64,000 bases of DNA. It comes from Pseudomonadota bacterium (GTDB lineage Bacteria; Pseudomonadota; Alphaproteobacteria; Rickettsiales; UBA6187). The stretch is from assembly GCA_027620075.1 (NCBI GenBank), contig JAQCEY010000007.1, positions 43,764 through 107,763 of the forward strand, read 5' to 3'. A program made the translations under genes and the position numbers. This document shows positions 9,523 to 19,271 of this stretch, in pieces. Within the stretch, counting starts at the first letter, position 1. The number at the start of each line of letters is the position of its first letter. The notes below the pieces were generated by a model. It saw only the letters and a list, made by a program, of their open reading frames with translations. It ran no database searches and had not been told where the DNA came from.

Positions 9523-9810
9523 TTGGAGACAGTTATGAAGAAGAACTACAGTAATGATTTTAAGGCGAAGGTTACACTTGCTGCACTAAAAGGCGACAAA
9601 ACAATTTCTGAATTAGCGTCTGAGTTTGAGGTTCATCCGACACAAATAAAGGACTGGAAAAAGCTAGCTAAAGAATCTATGTCTTCCCTTTTTTCATCAG
9701 CAAAAATACGCAGAAAGAAGAAAGACGAAGTAGCGGAAGCTGACCTTTACGAAACAATAGGTCGGCTAAAAATAGAAAATTCTTTTCTTAAAAAAAAATT
9801 AAATCAGTAG
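9523..9810 (+). CDS. IS3-family transposase OrfA (HTH)
   Basis: YSNDFKAKVTLAALKGDKTISELASEFEVHPTQIKDWKK is a typical IS3 OrfA HTH, followed by a leucine-zipper-like C-terminus. Confidence 0.9.
   Translation: METVMKKNYSNDFKAKVTLAALKGDKTISELASEFEVHPTQIKDWKKLAKESMSSLFSSAKIRRKKKDEVAEADLYETIGRLKIENSFLKKKLNQ
9790..9798 (+). promoter_or_regulatory. programmed -1 ribosomal frameshift site (A-run)
   Basis: CTT AAA AAA AAA TTA in the orfA frame contains A_AAA_AAA. The -1 frame is open from here (KIKSVGRSER) into orfB at 9825. Confidence 0.7.
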
Positions 9811-9824
9811 GCAGGAGTGAACGC

Positions 9825-10655
9825 ATGTCCATGATAGAGACTGATCATCCAGATTTAAGCGTTAGATATCAGGCGGATTTACTGGGTATATCTCGCTCAA
9901 CTTTCTATTATCAGCCAGTTGATATATCCGAAAGTGAACATAATATTATGTGCCGTATTGATGAAATTTATACCCAATCCCCTTTCTACGGACATAGACG
10001 CATTACTGATACTTTGAAAAAAGATGATAAATTGTCTATCAATCGCAAGAAGGTAAGGCGTTTAATGCAAAAAATGGGGCTAGTTGCTATTTATCCAAAG
10101 CCTAAAACTAGTATAGCAAATACTGAACATAAAGTGTATCCGTATCTTTTAAGAGGCATAAAAATTACCCATCCCAATCATGTTTGGGCAACCGATATTA
10201 CCTATATTCGTATGGAGAAAGGCTTTTTATATTTGGTCGCAGTAATAGATTGGTATAGTCGCTATATTTTATCATGGCAACTTTCTAATACAATGGATGT
10301 AACATTCTGTCTGGAGGCATTAAATCAAGCTTTAGAAACTGCAACACCAACTATTTTTAATACTGATCAAGGGGCGCAGTTTACTTCCTGTGCTTTTACC
10401 AATATATTGAAAAATAAACAGATCAACATTAGTATGAATGGTAAAGGCAGGTGCATAGACAATATGGTTATTGAACGATTTTGGCGTTCCTTAAAATACG
10501 AAGATGTTTATTTGAAAGATTACAATACAGTTAAAACGGCATATGATAACATTGCAGCTTATATTAATTTTTATAATAATAAGCGGCCTCATCAGGCTTT
10601 ACAATCTAGTACCCCTATTAATTGCTATAATAAAATAATTAAGGAGGCGGAATAA
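9825..10655 (+). CDS. IS3-family transposase OrfB (DDE integrase core)
   Basis: WATDITYI (D), NTDQGAQFTS (D), ERFWRSLKYE (E). rve-type catalytic core. Confidence 0.9.
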   Translation: MSMIETDHPDLSVRYQADLLGISRSTFYYQPVDISESEHNIMCRIDEIYTQSPFYGHRRITDTLKKDDKLSINRKKVRRLMQKMGLVAIYPKPKTSIANTEHKVYPYLLRGIKITHPNHVWATDITYIRMEKGFLYLVAVIDWYSRYILSWQLSNTMDVTFCLEALNQALETATPTIFNTDQGAQFTSCAFTNILKNKQINISMNGKGRCIDNMVIERFWRSLKYEDVYLKDYNTVKTAYDNIAAYINFYNNKRPHQALQSSTPINCYNKIIKEAE

Positions 10656-10928
10656 TGTTGTGACAATAAAACAATGGATAATATAGCTCCAAAACTCCAG
10701 GTCATAGAGACTTTTCATGGATTAATAGGTATTTAAAAAAACAAAGAAAAAACAAAAGTATTCTTGCAAGTTTAGGAGATTTTATATATAATTTGTGATG
10801 CAGTACAGGGAGAGGTCCCGATGATTGTAAAACGAAGAAAAATAAAAAAACAGAGAGTTTCTTTTGCTCTTTTACAGCTCAAAATTGGACTTTAAAAGTT
10901 CAGTATTTTGGTTCAAACAATGGGGTAC

Positions 10929-11123
10929 ACTTCAGAGTTGCCTAACGAGCCAAGACAAGAATGTGCAATAGAAGATTTTAAAGTGACTAATTTGTCTGAA
11001 GAAGCTGGGCTTGCTACCTACAAACTAAATCGTGATGGCAAGCATATTTCGCTTAGGTCATCAATATGGAAAAAAGAAGGTGATAGTTGGCAAATGATTT
11101 TCCACCAAGGGACTAAAATTTAG
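10929..11123 (+). pseudogene. DUF4440/SnoaL-like gene, 3' fragment
   Basis: TSELPNEPRQECAIEDFKVTNLSEEAGLATYKL...SSIWKKEGDSWQMIFHQGTKI matches the C-terminal half of DUF4440. Same codon phase (mod 3) as the 5' fragment. Confidence 0.7.
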
Positions 11124-11131
11124 GGCATAAT

Positions 11132-12112
11132 ATGGTACTTAAAAGTAATTGGGAAAAAACAAATGAATATACGGATGTAGATGAAAAAATCATCAAGCAG
11201 GCTATCCAAAATGCATGCCCTGAAAAAACGCTTGCCTCATACAGTATCATATCTGGTGGTTGTGCCAATTTGAACGTTAAAATCAGATTTAAAGATAGCA
11301 ACGATCCTTTTCTTTTGCGCCTGTATCTACGTGATAAGGAAGCCGCATTAAAGGAGCAAAATATCTATAAAATGGTTGGTGATAAAATTCCTGTGCCGGA
11401 GGTTTTATGCGTTGGTAATACAGGAAGTTATCGATATGCGCTTACTAATTTTGTATCTGGAATAACATTGCGTGATACCATCTTGCATGAAAATGCAGAA
11501 GAACTATCCGATGCTATTTATGAAACTGGTTCACTCTTAGCCAAACTCCAAAATTATACCTTCCCTTGTTCTGGATTTTTTGACCAGAATCTCAAGGTAC
11601 AAGATAGGTTAGAGCAAAATTTTTGTGTAGATTTTTTACATGAATGCTTAGAAAGCTCAACAGTTTCTAGTGAGTTAGGAAGCAATCTTGTAAAGCATAT
11701 AGCTGAAATTGCGGATCAATATGCATCCTACTTTCCTAATAACTCAGAACATACACTTGTCCATGCGGATTACGACCCGTCTAATATTTTGGTAAACAAG
11801 CAAAACGGTAAATGGAAAGTGACGGCCATTCTGGATTGGGAGTTTGCCTTTTCTGGTTCTTATTTATGTGACGTAGCAAATATGCTGCGTTATGCACACC
11901 AGTTGCCGGATTCATACGAGCAGTCATTTTTACAAGGTTTGCAAGATGCTGGCATAAAATTACCGAATAATTGGCGTATCACAATTCACTTGCTGAATTT
12001 ACTATCTTTGCTCGACTGTCTGGTACGATCCGATCCTAAAAATAGACCAAACCAATGTAAGGATATAAAGGAGTTGATTGGACATATTGTAGATCAATTG
12101 GAGGTATCATGA
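11132..12112 (+). CDS. aminoglycoside-phosphotransferase-fold (APH/choline-kinase family) kinase
   Basis: Catalytic loop LVHADYDPSNILV and metal-binding ILDWEFAFSG. Confidence 0.8.
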   Translation: MVLKSNWEKTNEYTDVDEKIIKQAIQNACPEKTLASYSIISGGCANLNVKIRFKDSNDPFLLRLYLRDKEAALKEQNIYKMVGDKIPVPEVLCVGNTGSYRYALTNFVSGITLRDTILHENAEELSDAIYETGSLLAKLQNYTFPCSGFFDQNLKVQDRLEQNFCVDFLHECLESSTVSSELGSNLVKHIAEIADQYASYFPNNSEHTLVHADYDPSNILVNKQNGKWKVTAILDWEFAFSGSYLCDVANMLRYAHQLPDSYEQSFLQGLQDAGIKLPNNWRITIHLLNLLSLLDCLVRSDPKNRPNQCKDIKELIGHIVDQLEVS

Positions 12113-12615
12113 AAATAAGGTTACTTAATGAGCAAGACATCACTGCATGGAAAAAATTAAGATTGTTAGCTTTAAAAGATTCGCCAGAATCTTTTGGATC
12201 CTCTTACGAAGAAGAAGCTATCTATTCAGACGATGATTGGAGGTCTTCTCTTAATAAAAGCCAAATTTTTGGTGCTTTTATAGATACTGCATTAGTAGGG
12301 TCGGCTGGATTTTTTGCCTTAAATACACCCAAAACAAGGCATCGAGGAGTTTTATTTACAGTATATACAGAGCCTGATTATCGAAAGCAGGGTGTGGCAA
12401 GAGCTTCGATTCAAGCTGTTGTTGACCATGCTAAATCAAATGTTGAGCAACTTCATGTGACATGTGTTACCAGTAATTTAAGTGCTCTTAAAATGTACAA
12501 AGAATTCGGTTTTTCAATTTATGGCACTGAACCAAGCGCTCTTAAAATCGGAAATAATTTTTTTGATGAGCATTTGATGGTTTTGAATTTAGAGGGGAAT
12601 AAAAATAATGAATAA
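12109..12615 (+). CDS. GNAT family N-acetyltransferase
   Basis: YTEPDYRKQGVARASI motif. Confidence 0.8.
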   Translation: MKIRLLNEQDITAWKKLRLLALKDSPESFGSSYEEEAIYSDDDWRSSLNKSQIFGAFIDTALVGSAGFFALNTPKTRHRGVLFTVYTEPDYRKQGVARASIQAVVDHAKSNVEQLHVTCVTSNLSALKMYKEFGFSIYGTEPSALKIGNNFFDEHLMVLNLEGNKNNE

Positions 12616-13813
12616 ACTTGACCCAAACATTAAACAAGAAGTACTGGGTATTCTGGCCAAGAGTTTTTCCCATGATATTCAAATAAAGTCCGTTATTCGC
12701 TTAAGCAAGCCAGAAAGACGTAATTTAATTCTCAGAATTATATTACAATCTCCATCTGGCAAAACGCCTCAAAGTTTAATTTTCAAACAATCTTTCCACG
12801 AAAAAGATTCCGATGATGAAAAAGAATTGCTGGGAAGATTTGCCAGAGACTGGGCTGGGCTTGAATTTTTAAGTGGGTTAAACATAGAGCCATCCATTGC
12901 GCCACAATTTTATGGTGGCAGCGAAAAACATCGCTTTATACTACTGGAAGATTTAGGTGATGTGCATTTTAGCTTGGTGGATTCTTTAACTGGCAAGGAT
13001 AGAAAGGCAGCAATTGCAGCACTCACAAGATATATGCAGCGCATGGGACAATATCATGCCAGTGCTTACGGAAAAACAGACGAGTATAATAAAATTTTGC
13101 AGAAGCTAAACCCTGGTGCAAAGGTTTGGAAGGATGATTTTGATGATCTACCCAAAGCCAATACTATGCTGGAGAAACTTGGTATAAAATCCACATCGGA
13201 ATTAGATGAAGAGATTTTCCGTGTCTTTAATACTATGAAAAAATCTATGGATTTTACTACATATATTCATGGAGATATTTGCCCGGATAATGTATTTGAT
13301 GATCCAAAAAATGATATAATGCATGTTATTGATTTTGAATGGGGGTATGTGGGAAATGCGCTATTGGATGCAACTTATTTGCGTATGAGTATGCCTACAT
13401 GTTGGTGTGTGAAAGCACTCCCTAAGGATGTCATAGAGCCTCTTGAAATAATTTATCTACAAGAGCTTGCAAAAAACATTCCGGCAGCTTTGGATGATAA
13501 TTTATATAATGAATCCTATGTTTGCGCTTGTGCTTATTGGGTTGTTATTTTATTCGCATATGGCATTGACGGTGTTTTGGATAAAGAGCTCGATATATTA
13601 AACACTGAGTTTAAAGATCCTCATCCTAATTGGAAATCAGAATATAATATGGCCCGACCACGTTATTTGCATCGCCTTCAAGCATTTATTGATATTTCAG
13701 AAAAGCATGGCAAATTACCGCACCTGAAATTAGCATCCGAGCAGGCTTTGAAAGAACTAAAAATTCGTTGGCCTGACACTAAACCGCTGGAATTATTTCC
13801 AGCTTTTATATGA
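12608..13813 (+). CDS. APH-fold phosphotransferase family protein
   Basis: IHGDICPDNVF and VIDFEWGYVGNALLD motifs. Confidence 0.75.
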   Translation: MNKLDPNIKQEVLGILAKSFSHDIQIKSVIRLSKPERRNLILRIILQSPSGKTPQSLIFKQSFHEKDSDDEKELLGRFARDWAGLEFLSGLNIEPSIAPQFYGGSEKHRFILLEDLGDVHFSLVDSLTGKDRKAAIAALTRYMQRMGQYHASAYGKTDEYNKILQKLNPGAKVWKDDFDDLPKANTMLEKLGIKSTSELDEEIFRVFNTMKKSMDFTTYIHGDICPDNVFDDPKNDIMHVIDFEWGYVGNALLDATYLRMSMPTCWCVKALPKDVIEPLEIIYLQELAKNIPAALDDNLYNESYVCACAYWVVILFAYGIDGVLDKELDILNTEFKDPHPNWKSEYNMARPRYLHRLQAFIDISEKHGKLPHLKLASEQALKELKIRWPDTKPLELFPAFI

Positions 13814-14268
13814 GTGTAACTATGGCAAAAATAATATCAGCAGCGAGAGCTTGTGTTATAAATGAAAATAAACTGTTGCTAGTCAGTAATAACGGTAGCT
13901 ATTGGTATCTACCGGGTGGACATATGGAGCCACGTGAAAATTTGGCGGCATGTGCTAAACGTGAGGTATATGAAGAAACTGGCTATGAGGTTACTATCGG
14001 TGAAATTATTTATGTTTTTGAATTTTATGACAAAGAATTCGATAGCCATAAAGTCGAATGCGTATTCCGCGCTTCTATAGATATCCACCCTGAAAAACAT
14101 GAATGGGAAGATTTAGGGCATGACAAGTCGGTAACCATGAAGCAGTGGTTTACCTTGGAAGAAATTCAAGCGCGTGACGATGTGCAGCCAAGTTTTATAA
14201 AGGAAGGAAAGTGGCTGCAGGATACAGAAAATAATGAGGTATACAGAGGGTATGAAGAATCAAAATAA
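13810..14268 (+). CDS. NUDIX hydrolase
   Basis: Nudix box GGHMEPRENLAACAKREVYEETGYEV. Confidence 0.9.
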   Translation: MSVTMAKIISAARACVINENKLLLVSNNGSYWYLPGGHMEPRENLAACAKREVYEETGYEVTIGEIIYVFEFYDKEFDSHKVECVFRASIDIHPEKHEWEDLGHDKSVTMKQWFTLEEIQARDDVQPSFIKEGKWLQDTENNEVYRGYEESK

Positions 14269-16000
14269 CAGTTTAAATTCCTATATCGTAACCTTATGCA
14301 ATCAGTATAAAGTATATCTGATATCCCTTTGCATAATAGCTGTGTTAGCGGCTATTTTTAACATTTCCGTTAACTACAAAATCAAGGAAATGATTGATAC
14401 AATAGCAAGTGATAGAGGCGCAGGACTTGGGTGGTTGATTGCAATGTTCGCATTTTATAAGCTAATGCATCATGGCATGTATTTTATAAATCGTTTACTG
14501 GATATTCGTTATAAACCGATGATGCTGGAGCAGACGGTAACTGATCTTTACAGCAAGATTATTGGTCATAGCCTGCATTGGTTTGATTCGCATCTATCTG
14601 GCGAAATATCCAGTAAAATAACAGATTTTCAGCATGGCATAACCCACCTGGTTACGTTTATTTTCAGAGCATTTATTAATGTACTGACTGTGATAATCAG
14701 CTTGTTATTTTTAACACAAGTTCACTCCCAGCCAACAATTGTACTGACCATTTTTGTGCTGATTTACTCGCCGATTATTTTCCTACTCCTTCGCAAGCAA
14801 ATGCAGCTACAGGGCAAGTATGTAGAAGCAAGGCAGAAAGCCACAGGCATTATCAACGATAATATTAGCAATATTTTTGGTATAAAAATTATAGGCAATA
14901 GTGATAGAGAATTTAAATCAAACTTATTGCCTGCGCTACTAAACTGGAAATCGTGGGATAAAAAAACACGCATTTTTGATGCATGGTGGGTTGATAATGC
15001 CGACACCATAATGATTGCAGCAATGAGTGCCGTGCAGATTTACCTGCTAGCTCATTTATATCAGGATAACCATATAACCGCTGGAGGATTTGCCTTTGCA
15101 GGGATGATCACATTAAACATACATGCTGATCTTGATAATTTTATGGATAGCTTATTATTCAACATCAATCCTTCCATAGCCCAAGTGAAGTCATCATATA
15201 AATTTATCAATGAAAAATATGATGTGAAGGATAAGGAGGGTGCTGAAATCCTCGGTCTAGTCAAAGGTGAGATCGAATATAAAAATGTCCATTTTGCCTA
15301 TGGAGATAGCGACAAGTCGATATTGAAGGGTTTTGATCTTCATATAAAGCCCGGCGAGCGGCTTGGAATTGTTGGTATGTCAGGAGCTGGCAAAACTACT
15401 ATGACCAAGTGCCTGCTACGCTATTTTGATGTTGTGAGCGGCGAGGTTTGTATTGATGGGAATAATATTGCAGATGTTACTCAGGAAAGCCTGCGTGCAA
15501 ATATTTCCATAATTCCTCAAGATATAACAATGTTTCACCGTACTATTCGTGAGAATTTGCTGCTGGCAAAATATGATGCAAGCGATGAGGAGATAATATC
15601 TGCCTGTAAAAAAGCCAAAATCCATGAGGATATTATGGCGATGGAAAAGGGCTATGATTCGGTTGTGGGTGAGCGTGGTGTTAAGGTAAGCGGTGGTCAA
15701 CGTCAACGTATTGCTATCGCACGGGCAATCTTAAAAAACGCACCGATATTGATTTTGGATGAGGCAACCAGCAGCCTCGATACGCCAACTGAAACGCTCA
15801 TTCAAGAGTCAATAAATGAGGTGTTGGAAACAAGTAATGCTACAGTTATAGCAATTGCTCACCGTCTTTCCACACTCAAGCACATGGATAGAATTATTGT
15901 GCTTGATAAAGGAAAAATTGTTGAAGAAGGTAAGCATGACGGGCTTATCCGGAAGAAGAACGGAGTATATAAGAAGCTATGGGAGATGCAGGTAATATGA
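14234..16000 (+). CDS. ABC exporter, fused permease/ATPase (paralogue of 1956..3725)
   Basis: GMSGAGKTT, VSGGQRQR, ILILDEATSSLD. TM domain is N-terminal. Confidence 0.9.
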   Translation: MRYTEGMKNQNNSLNSYIVTLCNQYKVYLISLCIIAVLAAIFNISVNYKIKEMIDTIASDRGAGLGWLIAMFAFYKLMHHGMYFINRLLDIRYKPMMLEQTVTDLYSKIIGHSLHWFDSHLSGEISSKITDFQHGITHLVTFIFRAFINVLTVIISLLFLTQVHSQPTIVLTIFVLIYSPIIFLLLRKQMQLQGKYVEARQKATGIINDNISNIFGIKIIGNSDREFKSNLLPALLNWKSWDKKTRIFDAWWVDNADTIMIAAMSAVQIYLLAHLYQDNHITAGGFAFAGMITLNIHADLDNFMDSLLFNINPSIAQVKSSYKFINEKYDVKDKEGAEILGLVKGEIEYKNVHFAYGDSDKSILKGFDLHIKPGERLGIVGMSGAGKTTMTKCLLRYFDVVSGEVCIDGNNIADVTQESLRANISIIPQDITMFHRTIRENLLLAKYDASDEEIISACKKAKIHEDIMAMEKGYDSVVGERGVKVSGGQRQRIAIARAILKNAPILILDEATSSLDTPTETLIQESINEVLETSNATVIAIAHRLSTLKHMDRIIVLDKGKIVEEGKHDGLIRKKNGVYKKLWEMQVI

Positions 16001-16605
16001 GCGAAATTAACAAACAGAACGTCTATGAAGTTTATGATAAAATCTTTGAGTGGTATGATAATGCTCGCACTAAAACACTAATGGAGAAGGAATATCTTGA
16101 TCTTGTATTAGATCATATTGGTTCTGGCTCAAATATTTTGGATTTAGGCTGTGGAACGGCAGAACCTATTGCCAAATTTTTCATTGAAAAAGGTCATAAT
16201 ATTACGGGAATAGACGGTGCAGACAATATGATTGCTATATGTAAAGAGCGTTTTCCTAAGCAGGAATGGATCTTGGGTGACATGAGAGAATGTAACTTAA
16301 AGAAAAAATTCTCAGCAATTATTGCATGGGGTAGTTTTTTTCATCTTCCACATGATGATCAGCGCCATATGTTTTCTATCTTTAAAGGTCATGCAGAAAA
16401 TGGGGCTATTCTTGTGTTTACCTCTGGTCCAAAACATGGGGAAATAATAAGTCAAATGGATGGTCATGATTTTTATCATGCAAGTCTTGGAGAAGAAGAA
16501 AATGAGCAGCTACTGAAAGATCATGGGTTTAAAGTTATGCTGTATCGGGCAGAAGATAAAAATTGCGGTGGTCAGACGGTATGGGTAGCAAAATATGACC
16601 AATAA
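15997..16605 (+). CDS. class I SAM-dependent methyltransferase
   Basis: ILDLGCGTAEP motif I. ATG at 15997 forms an ATGA overlap with the ABC gene stop (track start 15979 is less likely). Confidence 0.8.
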   Translation: MSEINKQNVYEVYDKIFEWYDNARTKTLMEKEYLDLVLDHIGSGSNILDLGCGTAEPIAKFFIEKGHNITGIDGADNMIAICKERFPKQEWILGDMRECNLKKKFSAIIAWGSFFHLPHDDQRHMFSIFKGHAENGAILVFTSGPKHGEIISQMDGHDFYHASLGEEENEQLLKDHGFKVMLYRAEDKNCGGQTVWVAKYDQ

Positions 16606-17494
16606 AACCCAAGCAACAGGCATATCATGGATGATACTCCACTGTTTACTTATCTCAATAATGTCAGCAATGGTGCGTGAGATATCAGACCAATTTCATG
16701 TATTTGAAATAGTTTTCTTTCATAATTTTGTAGCATTTCTGCTGATGATTCCCTTCATATTCACAGGGGGGAGATATAAGCATTTAAAAACAACAAAGCT
16801 GAAATTACACCTATCAAGGGCGATACTTGGCGTTATTTCTCTGGCGATGTATTTTTATGCATTTACGGTAATTCCGCTAACTGAAGCGCGTGCAATAGCT
16901 CTGACAGGGCCGTTAGTTAGCTCATTATTAGCTGTCGTTATATTAAAGGAAAAAACTGGTTGGCATAGAACTTTGGCACTGGTTATCGGTTTTGCAGGTG
17001 CATTAATTATCTTAAAACCTGGCACAACAAGCTTTTCATATTTTTCTATTATGGTTATTGCCGCCGTTGGTATGTGGGCAATAATTGATCTGATAATCAA
17101 GGTTATGAGCCGCACTGAATCTACCGCAACGCAGCTCTTCTATCTTACCGGACTCATGACCGCCTTTTCATTGCCAGGAGCTATATATTATTGGCAAACA
17201 CCCTCATCCTATGAACAATATTTATGGCTCATAGGATTGGGCATTATTTTCCTTGTAAATTGTATGGCTGTTTTTAATGCCTATAAAAATGCTGATATTA
17301 CTGTCGTAATGCCGTTCGATTTTTCTGGTATGGTATTTACCACTATCATTGCATATTTTGCATTCAGCGAGGTGATTGACATTCCAACGGCAATTGGCTC
17401 GGTTATTATTGTGATAAGCAGTGTTTACATTGCAAGACGAGAAGCAAAAAAGGCTAAAGAAATCCACGCCATTCCACCAAGGTCGGAGGTATAG
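16595..17494 (+). CDS. EamA/DMT family transporter
   Basis: 10-TM profile with two EamA-like halves. Confidence 0.8.
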   Translation: MTNKTQATGISWMILHCLLISIMSAMVREISDQFHVFEIVFFHNFVAFLLMIPFIFTGGRYKHLKTTKLKLHLSRAILGVISLAMYFYAFTVIPLTEARAIALTGPLVSSLLAVVILKEKTGWHRTLALVIGFAGALIILKPGTTSFSYFSIMVIAAVGMWAIIDLIIKVMSRTESTATQLFYLTGLMTAFSLPGAIYYWQTPSSYEQYLWLIGLGIIFLVNCMAVFNAYKNADITVVMPFDFSGMVFTTIIAYFAFSEVIDIPTAIGSVIIVISSVYIARREAKKAKEIHAIPPRSEV

Positions 17495-17496
17495 CC

Positions 17497-18372
17497 ATGC
17501 AAATTTATTACATATTACTTGCTATCCTAACTATGGCACTTTGGGGCTTTAATTTTGTTGTCGCCAAAATAGTTTTAGCGGAATTGCCGTTATTTACTAT
17601 GATGACCATCAGATTCATATTGGCGAGTTGTATTCTAATTCCATTTTATAAAAAACCACCAGCGCATATTGGCTATATAGCCTTACTTGCTTTTGTATTT
17701 GCTGTGTTGCATATGGGTGGAAGTTTTGGTGGCATGGCCGTGGGTCTGGATGCAGGCATGGCTACACTTATTGAGCAAACTAATGCTCCATTTTTATTAA
17801 TACTTGGGACTATTTTTCTGAAAGAAAAGATTGGAATAAAAAGTATAACAGGCATTATCTTATCATTTATAGGAACATATATATTATTACAAGCCCCAAC
17901 CAGTGCCAGCAATCCTATTGGTTTTGCTCTGGTGTTGGCGGGGGCATTTTTCTGGGGTGTCTATTGCCTATTACTTAAAAAGCTAAAGGATGTTCCTGCA
18001 CTGGCGCTTGTAGGCTGGATTTCATTATTAGCAGCTCCAATGACAGCAATAATATCCTTATTTACCGAAACCAGACAATTGGAATCTATAGCCAGCGCAA
18101 GTAATACAATATGGCTTTTAATGATATATATGGTTATAGCCGTATCCATAGGGGCGCATGGCTTGTGGTGTTATCTTTTATCTCGTATGTCTATTGGACA
18201 TTTAGCTCCAACAACATTGATGGTTCCTCTGTTTGGTGTTTTAGGTGGTGTAATGTTTTTGGGAGAATTATTCTCACTGCAAATAGCCATAGGAGGTACT
18301 TTGATAATCATTGGTGTTGCAATTATTCTGTTGCGTAGACCCAAAACTGTAGTAGTGGATATCGACGTATGA
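17497..18372 (+). CDS. EamA/DMT family transporter
   Basis: ALWGFNFVVAKI is a typical EamA N-terminus. 10-TM profile. Confidence 0.8.
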   Translation: MQIYYILLAILTMALWGFNFVVAKIVLAELPLFTMMTIRFILASCILIPFYKKPPAHIGYIALLAFVFAVLHMGGSFGGMAVGLDAGMATLIEQTNAPFLLILGTIFLKEKIGIKSITGIILSFIGTYILLQAPTSASNPIGFALVLAGAFFWGVYCLLLKKLKDVPALALVGWISLLAAPMTAIISLFTETRQLESIASASNTIWLLMIYMVIAVSIGAHGLWCYLLSRMSIGHLAPTTLMVPLFGVLGGVMFLGELFSLQIAIGGTLIIIGVAIILLRRPKTVVVDIDV

Positions 18373-19271
18373 CATCTATCTGGATAACCGCCTGTATCTT
18401 CGCTGCCTTTTTCCAAACCATTCGCACAGGTTTGCAAAAACACCTAAAACAACATCTATCAACAGATAGCATAAATTGGGTGAGATATGCTTTTGGATTG
18501 CCATTTGCAGGTTTGTACCTATGGGTCTTGCTGCAATATGGTTATTCCACCCCGGAAATAAATTATACTTTTCTGCTATATTGTATAGGTGGTGGAATTT
18601 CTCAGATTATCGGTACGCACCTGCTTATTTCATTATTCTCACATCGTAATTTTGCCGTTGGCACAACGTATGCCAAAACAGAGGCATTACAAACAGCATT
18701 ACTCGGCATCATATTATTTGGTGAAGTGTTGAGTATTGGCGGTACTATAGCCATTATATTGGGCGTTTTAGGTGTTGTGATAATCAGCTTAAGTGAGTCA
18801 CATACAAAGCCAATCTCAATTTTCAAGAAACTCACGCATAAAACCGCATTGATCGGTATAGGAGCGGGTTTAGGTTTTTCACTATCTGGGCTATTCATTC
18901 GCCAGGCTACATTGATATTGGATGGTTCTGCTATTATCAGTGCGGCTCTGACATTGGTGACAATGATAGCAATTCAGATTGTTATTCTTGGAATATGGAT
19001 AACTTACTCCAATCGACATGCATTCAGGCAAATATTGCAGCATGTAAAGCCATCAATATTGGTAGGATTAACCAGTACACTTGGCTCTATCGGCTGGTTT
19101 ACGGCCTTTGCGCTTACAAATGCAGCTTATGTTAAGACAGTTGGACAAATTGAACTGATATTCGCTCTTCTCATATCACACAAAATATTTAAAGAAGCTA
19201 TCAATAAATCTGAAATTGCAGGTATGGCCTTGGTTGTGGGGAGTATTTTGCTACTGGTTTATTTTCATTAG
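18369..19271 (+). CDS. EamA/DMT-superfamily membrane transporter (paralogue of 5485..6384)
   Basis: Collinear similarity with 5485..6384 over the full length. Confidence 0.75.
   Translation: MTSIWITACIFAAFFQTIRTGLQKHLKQHLSTDSINWVRYAFGLPFAGLYLWVLLQYGYSTPEINYTFLLYCIGGGISQIIGTHLLISLFSHRNFAVGTTYAKTEALQTALLGIILFGEVLSIGGTIAIILGVLGVVIISLSESHTKPISIFKKLTHKTALIGIGAGLGFSLSGLFIRQATLILDGSAIISAALTLVTMIAIQIVILGIWITYSNRHAFRQILQHVKPSILVGLTSTLGSIGWFTAFALTNAAYVKTVGQIELIFALLISHKIFKEAINKSEIAGMALVVGSILLLVYFH

Larger units (their letters stand above)
9452..10929 (+). mobile_element. IS3-family insertion sequence
   Basis: Termini are TGTACCCCA (9452) and TGGGGTACA (10921-10929), i.e. 5'-TG..CA-3' with imperfect IRs (gtccaattt also mirrored). 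orfA/orfB are in 0/-1 frames with an A-run slippery site. DDE-type orfB. Confidence 0.85.

Noticed and set aside
1956-16000. The two ABC exporters as a type I secretion system for the tail-bearing proteins.
   Set aside because: They are MsbA-like half transporters with no C39 peptidase domain. No membrane-fusion protein or TolC-like gene is nearby, and the tails lack RTX/GG-repeat features. The link is not supported.
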